Part shown: in pieces, positions 29,326 through 38,400 of the stretch
Numbering within the stretch: the stretch's first letter is position 1
Layout: each line of letters starts with the position of its first letter
Source: a bacterium
Lineage (GTDB): Bacteria > JADJOY01
DNA: 64,000 nucleotides
Reading direction: 5' to 3'
NCBI GenBank assembly: GCA_046331705.1
Contig: JAXLQJ010000040.1
Coordinates: forward strand, 1-64,000
The notes under the pieces: model-generated
Databases searched by the model: none
What the model was told of the DNA's origin: nothing
Seen by the model: the letters and a program-made list of their open reading frames with translations, nothing else
Program-made: the position numbers and the translations under genes

Positions 29326-30171
29326 TCAGCTCGCCGGCGCGTAGCCGACACCGAACACGATCGCCGAGTGATCGCTGAGGGGCGTGCCCGACTCGTCGAC
29401 GAACGACTCGTCGCGCGTCCAGCTGGTGATGGTGAGCGCGGTGGCGGCGCCGCTTCGATAGAAGAGCTGATCGATGTGGTCGGGCTCGGGGCACGCGACG
29501 GCCGTGCACGCATCCGTGAGCCCCGCCCCCGTGCGAACGGCGTCGAGGATCGGGACGTCCTCGGGATCGTCGATGCTCAGGTTGAAATCACCCAGCACCA
29601 TCACCGCACGCCCTGCGGACTGAGCCTCGATCGCCGCGAGCAATTGCTCCGCCTGCGCCGCGCGGGCGACGTCGTCCGCTGCCGAGCCGCCGGCATCCAT
29701 GTGCAGGTTGTAGACGTCGAACGAGATCGCGGTGAACGGCAGCACGATGCGCAGGAACTGAAAGCCCTTCGACGCCAGGCAATCGTTGGCAGCGTCCAGG
29801 TAGCCGTTACACGCCTCCCACGGATCGCCGCCGGTCTCCCCCGCGGGAAGCACCGAGTACACCGAGAGCCCACCCGGCGCGATCGTGCCAGGTTTGCGCT
29901 CGGTGAAGTGGTAGGCGAAGCGGCCCTCGACGCTGCCGCTGAGCGCCGTGCTGTAGAAGAAGTTCTCCTGAATCGCCGCGAGGTCGAACTCGTTCAAGCG
30001 CGGTGAGATCGCGAGCATCCGCGCTTCCGTGTCGTCGCCCGTGATGATGTCGGGCAGCCCGTGCACGTTGTAGGTGAGCACGCGGATCTCACCGCTGCTC
30101 TGGCAGCCGGCGGCGAAGGTGGCCACCGCTGTGGCGACGAGAACCGGCAGCCCGAACGAACGCAATCCCAT
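29326..30171 (-). CDS. Endonuclease/exonuclease/phosphatase (sphingomyelinase-like) lipoprotein
   Basis: Lipobox AAGC; LTYNVHG, IQE, NLH, GDFN, IDQLF, LSDH. Confidence 0.9.
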   Translation of the reverse strand: MGLRSFGLPVLVATAVATFAAGCQSSGEIRVLTYNVHGLPDIITGDDTEARMLAISPRLNEFDLAAIQENFFYSTALSGSVEGRFAYHFTERKPGTIAPGGLSVYSVLPAGETGGDPWEACNGYLDAANDCLASKGFQFLRIVLPFTAISFDVYNLHMDAGGSAADDVARAAQAEQLLAAIEAQSAGRAVMVLGDFNLSIDDPEDVPILDAVRTGAGLTDACTAVACPEPDHIDQLFYRSGAATALTITSWTRDESFVDESGTPLSDHSAIVFGVGYAPAS

Positions 30172-30299
30172 GACGTTGCTCCCAGACGCGCGAGACTTTC
30201 GCGTGACCGACGTGTGACGAGCGAACCTCGATCGTCGCACGCCGCGCGCCGGCGCCACAACGCGCGTGCCACCGCTGGCGCGGCGGGCGCCCGGGCGCG

Positions 30300-32027
30300 C
30301 TACGCGTCCAGCGAGAGCCGCAGATCGCGGGAGCGGGCGCGCAGCGCCTTGATCACCTCGCGCTCCTTCTCGATGCGCTCGCGATCGGCTTTGCAGAGGC
30401 TGGTGTAGGGGTCGAGGTTGGAGGAGATGTCGTCGACGGCGCGGGCCACGGCGCTTTCCAGCTCGAAGCGCAGCGCGTCCTTGAGCGCCTTGGAGAGCGA
30501 ATCGATGCGCTTCGAGAGATTGGTCTTGGCGTCCTTGCGCTTCATGGGAATGACCACGAAGCCGAGACCCGCCAGCAGCACCCCGAACACGATGCCGCTC
30601 ACGTCGTGGAGCGCCGCGGTGAAGAGCGCGATCAGCCCACCGCCCACCAGCTCCACCTGCACGAAGCGCGCGAACGAGACACTCGCCGACTCCTGAACCT
30701 TGGCCGCCTCGTAGTCGATGTTGAACTCCTTCAAGTTCTTCTCGACCGCGGTCTTGAGCGCGAGCCGCACCTCGCGGCGCCGATCCACCCACACGTTCGT
30801 CGACTTCCCCACCAGCCGCGACTGAAGCTCGCGCTCGCGGATCTGTTGATCCACGAACGCGATGGCGTCGTTCCACAGCACCTGGTTCTCGCGCACCAGC
30901 TCGGTGATGGTCTCGGAGAGCACCTCGTCCATCTGCTCGGCGAGGTGCTCCTCGCCCAGCACGTGACGCCGGAACTCGTCCTCCACCTTCGTGCGCGACA
31001 GCTTGTACTTGACCAGCGCCGGCAGCCGGATCGCCTCGTCGAGGAATTCGTAGCTCTTGACCCGGATGCGCTCCAGCAGGCCATCCACCCGCTCGAGCTG
31101 CTTCAAGTGGCGCGTGAGCGTCTCGTCGCCGCGGCTGCGCACGTTGGCGACCACGTGCTCGAGCCCACGGGTCTCGCTGCGCAGCGCTTCTTCCTCGCGA
31201 TCCAGCTCGCCGGCGTACTCGGAGAGCAGCTCCTCCAGCACGTCGAGCGGGCCGCCGAGCTTGAGCCGCACCTTGTCGCGATTGCCGAGGCGCTCGAACA
31301 CGTACGCGTCGACGGCGGCCAGACCGGACTTCTGGCGCGCCTCGGCGCTCTTCGGCCCGTCGACGCCTTCCTCGGCGAGGCGCACCGATACCGGGAAGAT
31401 CCGCGGCGCCTCGCCGAGCGCACGCCCGGCGTGAAGCTGGATGTAGTCCACGATCTGGGTCAGCTCGGCCGGCTTCACGAGGTCGACCTTGTTGAGCACG
31501 AACACCAGCGAGCGCTTCCAGCGGCCGCGGATCAGGCTCAGGAATTTGCGCTCGCTCTCGCTCAGCGGCCGATCGGTGGACGTGACGAACAGGATCAAGT
31601 CCGCGTTCGGGATGTAGTCCTCGACGATCCGCTGGTGCGCCTGGGTGAGCGAGTTGGTGCCCGGCGTGTCCACCAGGTTCACGTCCCGCAAGAAGGGCGT
31701 GGGGTGGCGCAGCTCGAGGAGGTTCTCGTCGGGAGCCGCCCGCCCGCGTTCGTCGCCGTAACAGACCAGCGTGATGCGGTCGGTGGTGGGGACGACACCG
31801 GTGGAGAGGATCGGCTCACCGATCAGGGCGTTGATCAGGCTCGACTTCCCCGAGTTGTACTCGCCGACCACCACCACCAGGAACGGGCGTCCGAGGGCTT
31901 CGAGCGCTCCCTCGATACGGCTCTTGTCCGCCGGCCTGTCGAGCCCGTCGAAGAACCGGCTCGCGTCGCGCAGGATCTCGCGCTCGGCGGTGACCTGCGG
32001 CTGGAAGGGATCGAGAACGGTCCACAT
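30300..32027 (-). CDS. Bacterial dynamin-like (FZO/FZL-like) GTPase
   Basis: GEYNSGKS, VPTT, DTPG, NKVD; C-terminal helical stalk with a hydrophobic hairpin. Confidence 0.92.
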   Translation of the reverse strand: MWTVLDPFQPQVTAEREILRDASRFFDGLDRPADKSRIEGALEALGRPFLVVVVGEYNSGKSSLINALIGEPILSTGVVPTTDRITLVCYGDERGRAAPDENLLELRHPTPFLRDVNLVDTPGTNSLTQAHQRIVEDYIPNADLILFVTSTDRPLSESERKFLSLIRGRWKRSLVFVLNKVDLVKPAELTQIVDYIQLHAGRALGEAPRIFPVSVRLAEEGVDGPKSAEARQKSGLAAVDAYVFERLGNRDKVRLKLGGPLDVLEELLSEYAGELDREEEALRSETRGLEHVVANVRSRGDETLTRHLKQLERVDGLLERIRVKSYEFLDEAIRLPALVKYKLSRTKVEDEFRRHVLGEEHLAEQMDEVLSETITELVRENQVLWNDAIAFVDQQIRERELQSRLVGKSTNVWVDRRREVRLALKTAVEKNLKEFNIDYEAAKVQESASVSFARFVQVELVGGGLIALFTAALHDVSGIVFGVLLAGLGFVVIPMKRKDAKTNLSKRIDSLSKALKDALRFELESAVARAVDDISSNLDPYTSLCKADRERIEKEREVIKALRARSRDLRLSLDA

Positions 32028-32211
32028 GAGCGTCAGCGCGCGATGGTGTCAGGTCGACTCGATCGAGGTCAAGCTCGAAAGTGCCTCGCCCGGGAGCCGG
32101 CCGTGACGCCCCGCGTCTCGCCGGAAGGCCGCGCCGCGATTGTTTATTTTGCTTCCCTCCGGACCGCGAGTTGCGCTAGGGTCGCCGCGCCTTGAATCTC
32201 CCGGGGGAAGA

Positions 32212-33570
32212 ATGAGCGCCGAAGCAGCGGTGAGCCCGCCAGCGAAGTTCGCGGGCTCGACGGGTTGGGCACGTTCGAGCGTCCTCATCTTCGCGCTGGC
32301 CGTCGCTGCCGGTTGTAGCAGCACGCGCGTCGCCGAAAACCTGCTTCACCCGCCCGATCGAGCCGTCTACGGCTCCGGCTCGGTGCGTCCGGCGCTGGTG
32401 CCCCGCGCGCCGAACGGCTTCCCCGGGCCGGTGTACCACTCGACCCAGGCCCGCGTGCGCGGCGCAGCCGACGCCGGCGACGCGTCGTTCCGCGTGGAGC
32501 GGGACGACGCACCCGGCAGCACGCTGGCGCCCGTCCGGGTGCTCCTCGCCGTCGCCAACGGCCCGTTCGCGATCTGGTCGCCCACCGAGCTCGAGGTCGA
32601 GCTCTACCCCGGCGACCGGCCGCTGGTGTGGAACAACCGCCTCTCCGTGGACGCCCGCGGCGACACGCTGATCATCGAGGGACAGTCGGTCGGCCCGGAG
32701 GCGCGGGTTCGCTCGTCGGATTCCGAGCTGGGGATCGAGTTCCAGGGCCGGCGCTACGCCGGCGAGCTCAAGTTCCTCGCCGAGAGCGGCAAGGTCCGCG
32801 TGCTCAACGAGCTGCCGCTCGAGGAATACCTGCGCGGCGTGGTTCCCGCCGAGGTGCCGCCCAGCTGGTCGCCGGAAGCGCTCAAGACCATCGCCGTGGC
32901 GGCGCGAACGTACGCGCTCTTCCAGATGGAGAAGAGCACCGGCCGCTCGTGGGACGTGACCGACTCCATCGACACCCAGATGTACGGCGGGCTCTCCTCG
33001 GCGGATCCACGCGGCGACCGCGCCGTGCGCGAAACCGAAGGCCAGATCCTGATCTACGACGGCGCCCCCATCCTCGCCACCTACCATGCGGCGAGCGGCG
33101 GCTACACCGAGGACGCGCGCCGCGTGTGGAGCAAGGACGTGCCCTACCTGCGCGCCCAGCCCGATCCCGCGCCCGACGCCGACGCCACGCCCTGGCGCGT
33201 GTCCGTGGGCTTTCGCGAAGTCGAGCAAGTGCTGCGCGCGGGCGGCTACCGCGTCACCAAGGTCAGCGGGCTGGACGTGCTGCAACGCACGCCCTCGGGA
33301 CGCGCCGCCACCGTGCGCGTGCGCCATTCGCGCGGCTTCCTCGACATCGCCGCCGATCGCATGAAGGCCATGCTCGGCGGCCAGCGCATCCGCTCGACGC
33401 TCTTTCAGATCACCCGCACCAAGACCGCGTTCGTGATCACCGGCCGCGGCTTCGGCCACGGCGTGGGCCTCTCCCAGATGGGCGCCGCCGCCCTCGCCAA
33501 GGACGGCGTGGCCTACGACCAAATCCTCTACGCCTACTACCCCGGCACCCAGCTCGCCCGGCTGCAGTAA
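32212..33570 (+). CDS. SpoIID/LytB-domain lytic transglycosylase-like lipoprotein
   Basis: LEEYLRGVVPAE, EALK..AVAARTYA, Q.Y.G, GRGFGHGVGLSQMGA, IL.AYYPG. Confidence 0.93.
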   Translation: MSAEAAVSPPAKFAGSTGWARSSVLIFALAVAAGCSSTRVAENLLHPPDRAVYGSGSVRPALVPRAPNGFPGPVYHSTQARVRGAADAGDASFRVERDDAPGSTLAPVRVLLAVANGPFAIWSPTELEVELYPGDRPLVWNNRLSVDARGDTLIIEGQSVGPEARVRSSDSELGIEFQGRRYAGELKFLAESGKVRVLNELPLEEYLRGVVPAEVPPSWSPEALKTIAVAARTYALFQMEKSTGRSWDVTDSIDTQMYGGLSSADPRGDRAVRETEGQILIYDGAPILATYHAASGGYTEDARRVWSKDVPYLRAQPDPAPDADATPWRVSVGFREVEQVLRAGGYRVTKVSGLDVLQRTPSGRAATVRVRHSRGFLDIAADRMKAMLGGQRIRSTLFQITRTKTAFVITGRGFGHGVGLSQMGAAALAKDGVAYDQILYAYYPGTQLARLQ

Positions 33571-33896
33571 ACGCCGGTCCGTCGCTCTTGCCGGAGGGAC
33601 CGGGTTCCGCCGGTCCGCGAACCCGAATCGGGGCCCTTCCGTTCGGCAGGGACGCGCTCCGTCGCGTCCGCGAGCTACCTCACCAATCATTCCTCGAGTT
33701 CGAGTCGCCGAATCCGCGCTCCGAGAACGACCACGACCATCCCCAGAAGCGCCTCGACGGCTTCGGCGCCAAGCGCGGCACGTCTATCGATGATGACGAC
33801 ACGGTGATCAAGATCGTTGTCACCGTGCCAGCGCCGACTCCACACTGTCCGTGACAGACACGGCACTGAGCCCCCACACCGCAACTGTCACCATCC

Positions 33897-35009
33897 TCAA
33901 TAGTCGAGGTAAGCGTATCGAGTCCATCGCTCATCCTCCACCGCCTCAAGCGTCGCGCGAACCAAGCGCTGCACCCCGACGAAGAACAGCACGCCTGTAG
34001 CAATGATGACGAGCTTAAGCCACCGCTGTCCCGCCTCCCAAGTTGCCACGGGAACATCTGACGCAAGCACGCTGCTTGCACGATCCCGTATCGCGTCGAC
34101 CGCGGCCACCGATTTCATGTCATGCTTCCGCTCAAGAACGTCGCGCCACCCTTCCGCAGCAACCTTGAGTTCACGCAGCTTTTCCAAAGAAAACGCAACC
34201 CCCGAGTCGTAAATCCGATCCAGATCGGCCATTGCCTCCTTATCTGGCACATCCTCAACCAAGACACCAATCGAAAATGCCGACGCAAATTTCCAAAAAG
34301 CCCTCGGAACCACATATGCGTGGTCCATGCTAGCAAACACCAAGATAAGCACCGCAACCACCAACACAACAGCCACATCACGAAGCCGATTCAATCCACG
34401 AGCCGCCACACTGGCCAGTCCGCGATCGCGAAACAGATGCAGCACTCTCGTAAACGCGAAGTCAAAATCATCCCCAAATCCAATCTTGAGCACAAGCAGT
34501 TGCTTCAGGCTCAAGCCAATACGACGGCATTGATCCGGATACATTCGAACCGAATATTTGCGCTGCCACAATAAGTCAATAGCCGTCGCAACAACTAGCA
34601 AACCGATCAGGGCATACTTCAACACCACAAGAAGAACAGAAGACAGCACAACAAGCATAGCCAGCACGACCTTCTCCGGTAGCGATCTCTTTGTCTGCAT
34701 AGGCTTTGTTAACTTTGCCTGCGCATATAGCGCAACCGCGGCAAGCGCTGGCAACACGACGATATCGCCCGAGAGCTCCGCGAGCGTCCCGATCGCGTAC
34801 AGGCCAAGCAGCGCAGCAATGCCGATCAACGGCGTCGAAATCAGATCATTCACGACTGGTAGAGTGGCGATAAATGAGTGCAGAGCTAGCACGGGCCCGA
34901 CGCTGAACAGGGGGATCCCGGCCATAAGAAACACACCTGCAAGAATTCGGCGTCGAAATGATCCGTCGGCAAATGGAATTGCCTCCAAGGCTCTCGTCAC
35001 ATCCGACAT
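33897..35009 (-). CDS. Hypothetical multi-pass membrane protein (lower GC, cassette-like)
   Basis: GAGG RBS before ATG 35009; about 6 hydrophobic segments; visibly A/T-richer codon usage than the flanks. Confidence 0.7.
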   Translation of the reverse strand: MSDVTRALEAIPFADGSFRRRILAGVFLMAGIPLFSVGPVLALHSFIATLPVVNDLISTPLIGIAALLGLYAIGTLAELSGDIVVLPALAAVALYAQAKLTKPMQTKRSLPEKVVLAMLVVLSSVLLVVLKYALIGLLVVATAIDLLWQRKYSVRMYPDQCRRIGLSLKQLLVLKIGFGDDFDFAFTRVLHLFRDRGLASVAARGLNRLRDVAVVLVVAVLILVFASMDHAYVVPRAFWKFASAFSIGVLVEDVPDKEAMADLDRIYDSGVAFSLEKLRELKVAAEGWRDVLERKHDMKSVAAVDAIRDRASSVLASDVPVATWEAGQRWLKLVIIATGVLFFVGVQRLVRATLEAVEDERWTRYAYLDY

Positions 35010-35098
35010 AAACGATCCTCGATTAGGCATCGTGCCCGCTTTGCAACAATGCAGCACCACCCAGAACCCAGTGTCCCGAAATCACTCTGACGTGGCCT

Positions 35099-35191
35099 AC
35101 CAAACAACGCGCTACCGTGTGGCAGTAATCGTTGTCATTGCTATCGTGCGAGGGCCAATCGTGTGCCGTCTGCTGGAGCGCCTCGTTCGCC
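35099..35191 (-). other. Degenerate attC-like recombination site
   Basis: Minus strand GGCGAAC-GAGGC-GCTCCAGC-AGACGG...CGGTAGC-GCGTT-GTTTGGT: R''/L'' and L'/R'-like boxes in an imperfect inverted repeat between two co-oriented genes. Confidence 0.45.
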
Positions 35192-35215
35192 GATAGTCAT
35201 TGCTGCCCTGGTCGT

Positions 35216-36199
35216 TCAGCAACTGCGGAGATCCCGCAGCAATTGCGGATCCTCCAGTCCATAACGGAGCACGCTCTTTACCGTAGCCTTGAGAAGATTC
35301 AGAGCAGACGTCGCGCTTCCGAGGCAAGCGAGCTCTCCTTTGAACTGGGGCTCGCCACCATGCGCCACTTCGCTCCGATATGCGTACATCTTCTTCCAGA
35401 TGGTGGCAGGCATAGCGCCACCGAACGCACTGTAGTCTAACTTCGACTGCCAGCGATTATTTAAGAGCGCGACCTTGCTGTTCACCTGACGCGTGATCGA
35501 ATCGTGGGGATCTCCCGGCTTCGGGTTGTGAGTGAGTAGACCCTCCAAGATGGCGAAGTATCCGAGAAAGCGAAGCGGCGAATCGTGAGGTAGACACTTC
35601 AGATGCCCGAGACGTGCCGCCTGCCGTCGTATATGTGCGCGCGCCTCATCGGCCTCGCAAAGATGTGGATAGAACCGCGCGAGTAGATCCACATCGGAGG
35701 TGGTCACGTCTATACAGAAGGACGGGTCTCGGATGCCATTATCCAGGACATGAAAGAGGCGAGGTCCGTTCCAAACGATGCCGCCGGCGCCGCGCGCATT
35801 GAGAATGGAGAAGCCTACCTCAAGTTCGCTAGGCAACAGGTCGAAGGCCACCTCCAGTACGGCCATGGTGGTGTTGGTGCCGTCGTATGCAATCACGAAG
35901 TATCGCCACTCCGCCTCCGGTAGGATGCGAACGTCACCATCGGGACGGGGCCATTGCTCTTCCCAGAACAGGCGATTCTGAACGAAGGCTGCGACCGTCA
36001 ACTTGTCCAGGCAAGTCCTGATTCGCGCCACCTCGGTTGGCGTCGCACGACGCAGTTCGTGGCCGGGAGCAACGACGACGCGCTCTGCTGGCAGGCTGCG
36101 AACATTCAGCAAGAACGAGAAGCTGGTTTGTGGGCTTGGATTCCGGACGTCGACTTCAGCGGTCACGCCTGGGCCGAGGACGATGGGGTCGCTAAGCAC
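35216..36199 (-). CDS. HEPN-domain (ApeA-like) protein, putative RNase
   Basis: C-terminal FLGYFAILEGLL...SITRQV..K...KKMYAYRSEVAHGG contains RxxxxH; lower GC. Confidence 0.75.
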   Translation of the reverse strand: MLSDPIVLGPGVTAEVDVRNPSPQTSFSFLLNVRSLPAERVVVAPGHELRRATPTEVARIRTCLDKLTVAAFVQNRLFWEEQWPRPDGDVRILPEAEWRYFVIAYDGTNTTMAVLEVAFDLLPSELEVGFSILNARGAGGIVWNGPRLFHVLDNGIRDPSFCIDVTTSDVDLLARFYPHLCEADEARAHIRRQAARLGHLKCLPHDSPLRFLGYFAILEGLLTHNPKPGDPHDSITRQVNSKVALLNNRWQSKLDYSAFGGAMPATIWKKMYAYRSEVAHGGEPQFKGELACLGSATSALNLLKATVKSVLRYGLEDPQLLRDLRSC

Positions 36200-36425
36200 G
36201 TCGTGCCCTAGACGTCTGCATCAGCTCGATCCCGCTCTACCCAGGCCGAAGTGGGGTTCGGCGAACTCCGAAATGGCCTGAACTCTGCGGGCCTGCTTCG
36301 GGTGAACTAGGGGGATTCAGCTAGAGGACTTGCTTGCAGTGTAGCGCGGCGGCGGCGGCCGGGTCGAGGGAATTCGCGTCGGTTCTCCTTGGGGAATGTC
36401 GGCTGCGGCTGCGCCGCTCGGCCGG

Positions 36426-36608
36426 TTATCTGGACCGGGGATATCCGGGGCGCGCGGGGGTTCGGACGGGGGTGGTGAGGCTCGGGAGGTCGAGGCGGTC
36501 GATCGGGCTACGGATGGCGCCGCAGGGGTGATCGAGGATGTCGGTGTCGATCGTGCTGGCGCGGACGTCGTCGTGTCGGAGAGGGTCTGGGACCGCGTCT
36601 CCGATCAT
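36426..36608 (-). pseudogene. intI: Eroded 3' fragment of an integron integrase (tyrosine recombinase)
   Basis: VPDPLRHDDVRASTIDTDILDHPCGAIRSPIDRL aligns with the IntI C-terminal consensus VQELLGHxDVxTTMIYTHVLNRG..GVRSPLDRL; many differences are single-base changes, including catalytic Tyr TAC>GAC. Confidence 0.7.
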
Positions 36609-36664
36609 CCGTCCGCGGCGGCGGATGGGATCGCGGCGCGAGCGCAACTTTTCGACCGGAAACG

Positions 36665-36707
36665 TTGCGGGTTCGGGCTCGATTTGTTATAGTGAACACA
36701 TGATCAC
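36665..36707 (+). promoter_or_regulatory. Leaderless sigma70 promoter (TTGCGG-17-TATAGT, extended TGn) with a GAAC-N4-GATC near-palindrome over the start codon
   Basis: -35 at 36665-36670, -10 at 36688-36693, ATG at 36700; GTGAACACATGATCAC at 36692-36707. Confidence 0.6.
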
Positions 36708-38175
36708 ATTAACAAATCCCTTCCCTGAAGAGCCGGCGCGCGACCATCTCCTTTCCGCCTGCCCGGTTGGCAATCGCTCGGACGATGAGCTGGCGGCGGA
36801 TCTCACCACGCTGGCGGCGCGGCTGAGCGCGGTCGAGTATCGGTTTCTGGTGTTGCTGGCAGAGTTCGATCGGCGGCGGCCGTGGGCCGGCGATGGGATT
36901 CGGTCGACGGCGCAGTGGCTCAACGTGAGGTGCGGCATCGCCATGGGCACGGCTCACGAGAAGGTGCGGGTGGCCCAGGCGTTGGTCACGTTGCCGAAGA
37001 TCGCGGCGGCGATGGCGCGGGGGCAGGTCGGTTACTCGAAGGTGCGGGCGATGACGCGCGTGGCTACCGCCGAGAACGAGGAGTCGCTGGTGGGCGCGGC
37101 GCGGTTCGGCACGGCGGCGCACTTGGACAAGCTGGTCCGGCTTCATCGGCGCTGCGAGCGGCAGCGGGCGAACCGGGCGGCGGCGGAGAGCGAGGCGGCG
37201 CGCTCGTTTCGTTACTGGAAGTACGCGGATGGCACGGTGCGGTTCGAGGGACGGCTACCGGCCGCCGAAGGGGCACTCTTTCTAAAGGCCTTTGAGTCCG
37301 CGCACGACTCGTTGCGGAGGGAGGACTCTCCATCGGGAGAGTCGGCGAAGGTTTCCGACCCCGATCCGGTGCGGGTGCCTCCCGAGGGAGAGTCGGCGGG
37401 GGCTTCCGAGCCAACGACACTGGCGGAGTCTCCCGTGGAGAGTCGCCGGGTGCCGGAAGAGGACCCAGCCCGGCGCGAGGCTCGAAACGCGGACGCGCTG
37501 ATGGTGCTGGCGGAAACGATGCTCGCGCACGGGTCGGCGGCGGTGGACGGTGGCGATCGTTACGAGGTCAGTATTTATGTCAACGAAAGCGCCCTACCCC
37601 AGGACGGGGAGGGTCCGCCGGCGGAGCTGGCCGATGGAACGGTGCTCGCTCCCGAGACGGTGCGAAGAATTGCGTGTGATTGCAGCCGCGTGTGCGTTCA
37701 CGAGGGCGAGGACGGGGAGATCCTGAGCGTGGGCCGGCGCACCCGGCAGATTCCACCGGCGATCCGGCGGGCGCTCAAGGCGCGGGATCGGACGTGTGCG
37801 TTTCCGGGATGCAAGCAAAGTCGGTTCGTGGACGCGCATCACGTTCGCCATTGGGCGGACGGGGGCGAGACGAAGCTTTCCAATTTGGTGCTGCTCTGCA
37901 GGCGGCATCACGTGCTGGTGCACGAGGGCGGGTGGCGGATCGAGGCGACGGATTTCGGCGCGGTGTTCGTGCGCGGGGATGGGGTTCGGCTCCAAGGTGC
38001 CGAGCTGGGCGGCGACGAGCTGCTGGATGTGCTCGCCGAGGTGGAACGCGAGCAGCGGGAAGAGGAGCTGGCGATCACGGCGCGCACGATCATTCCCGAG
38101 TGGCGCGGTGAGCGGATTCTGTGGTCGTGGGCGGTGGACAATCTGCAGGATCGAACGCACGGGGGCTGCGCCTAG
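36700..38175 (+). CDS. DUF222 + HNH endonuclease (13E12-repeat-like)
   Basis: RRIACD, GRRTRQIPPAIRRALKARDRTCAFPGC, DAHHVRHWADGGETKLSNLVLLCRRHHVLVHEG. Confidence 0.92.
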   Translation: MITLTNPFPEEPARDHLLSACPVGNRSDDELAADLTTLAARLSAVEYRFLVLLAEFDRRRPWAGDGIRSTAQWLNVRCGIAMGTAHEKVRVAQALVTLPKIAAAMARGQVGYSKVRAMTRVATAENEESLVGAARFGTAAHLDKLVRLHRRCERQRANRAAAESEAARSFRYWKYADGTVRFEGRLPAAEGALFLKAFESAHDSLRREDSPSGESAKVSDPDPVRVPPEGESAGASEPTTLAESPVESRRVPEEDPARREARNADALMVLAETMLAHGSAAVDGGDRYEVSIYVNESALPQDGEGPPAELADGTVLAPETVRRIACDCSRVCVHEGEDGEILSVGRRTRQIPPAIRRALKARDRTCAFPGCKQSRFVDAHHVRHWADGGETKLSNLVLLCRRHHVLVHEGGWRIEATDFGAVFVRGDGVRLQGAELGGDELLDVLAEVEREQREEELAITARTIIPEWRGERILWSWAVDNLQDRTHGGCA

Positions 38176-38400
38176 CCGGGCGCGCCTCTGGGAGGGCTGG
38201 TGGCCTCAGCCCACCGGATGCGGTGTCTCTTCGGCGTGAAGCGTGTCGGGTGTCGTACGCGAGACCGTGGCGTGGACGGTTTCGAGCGAGCCCGCGGGGC
38301 GGAGGTGGCACGGGGTACCAGCGACCCTCGTCTGCTTCGTGCTGCTGTTCGCAGGCTCCTCGGCGGCGCAAGCGAGCGATGACGCGCGGATGGGTCGCGC

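Noticed and set aside
33800-33826. Stem-loop ACGGTGATCAA...TTGTCACCGT downstream of the island membrane gene as an attC
   Set aside because: Lacks AAC/GTT core boxes and attC spacing; may be a terminator-like hairpin
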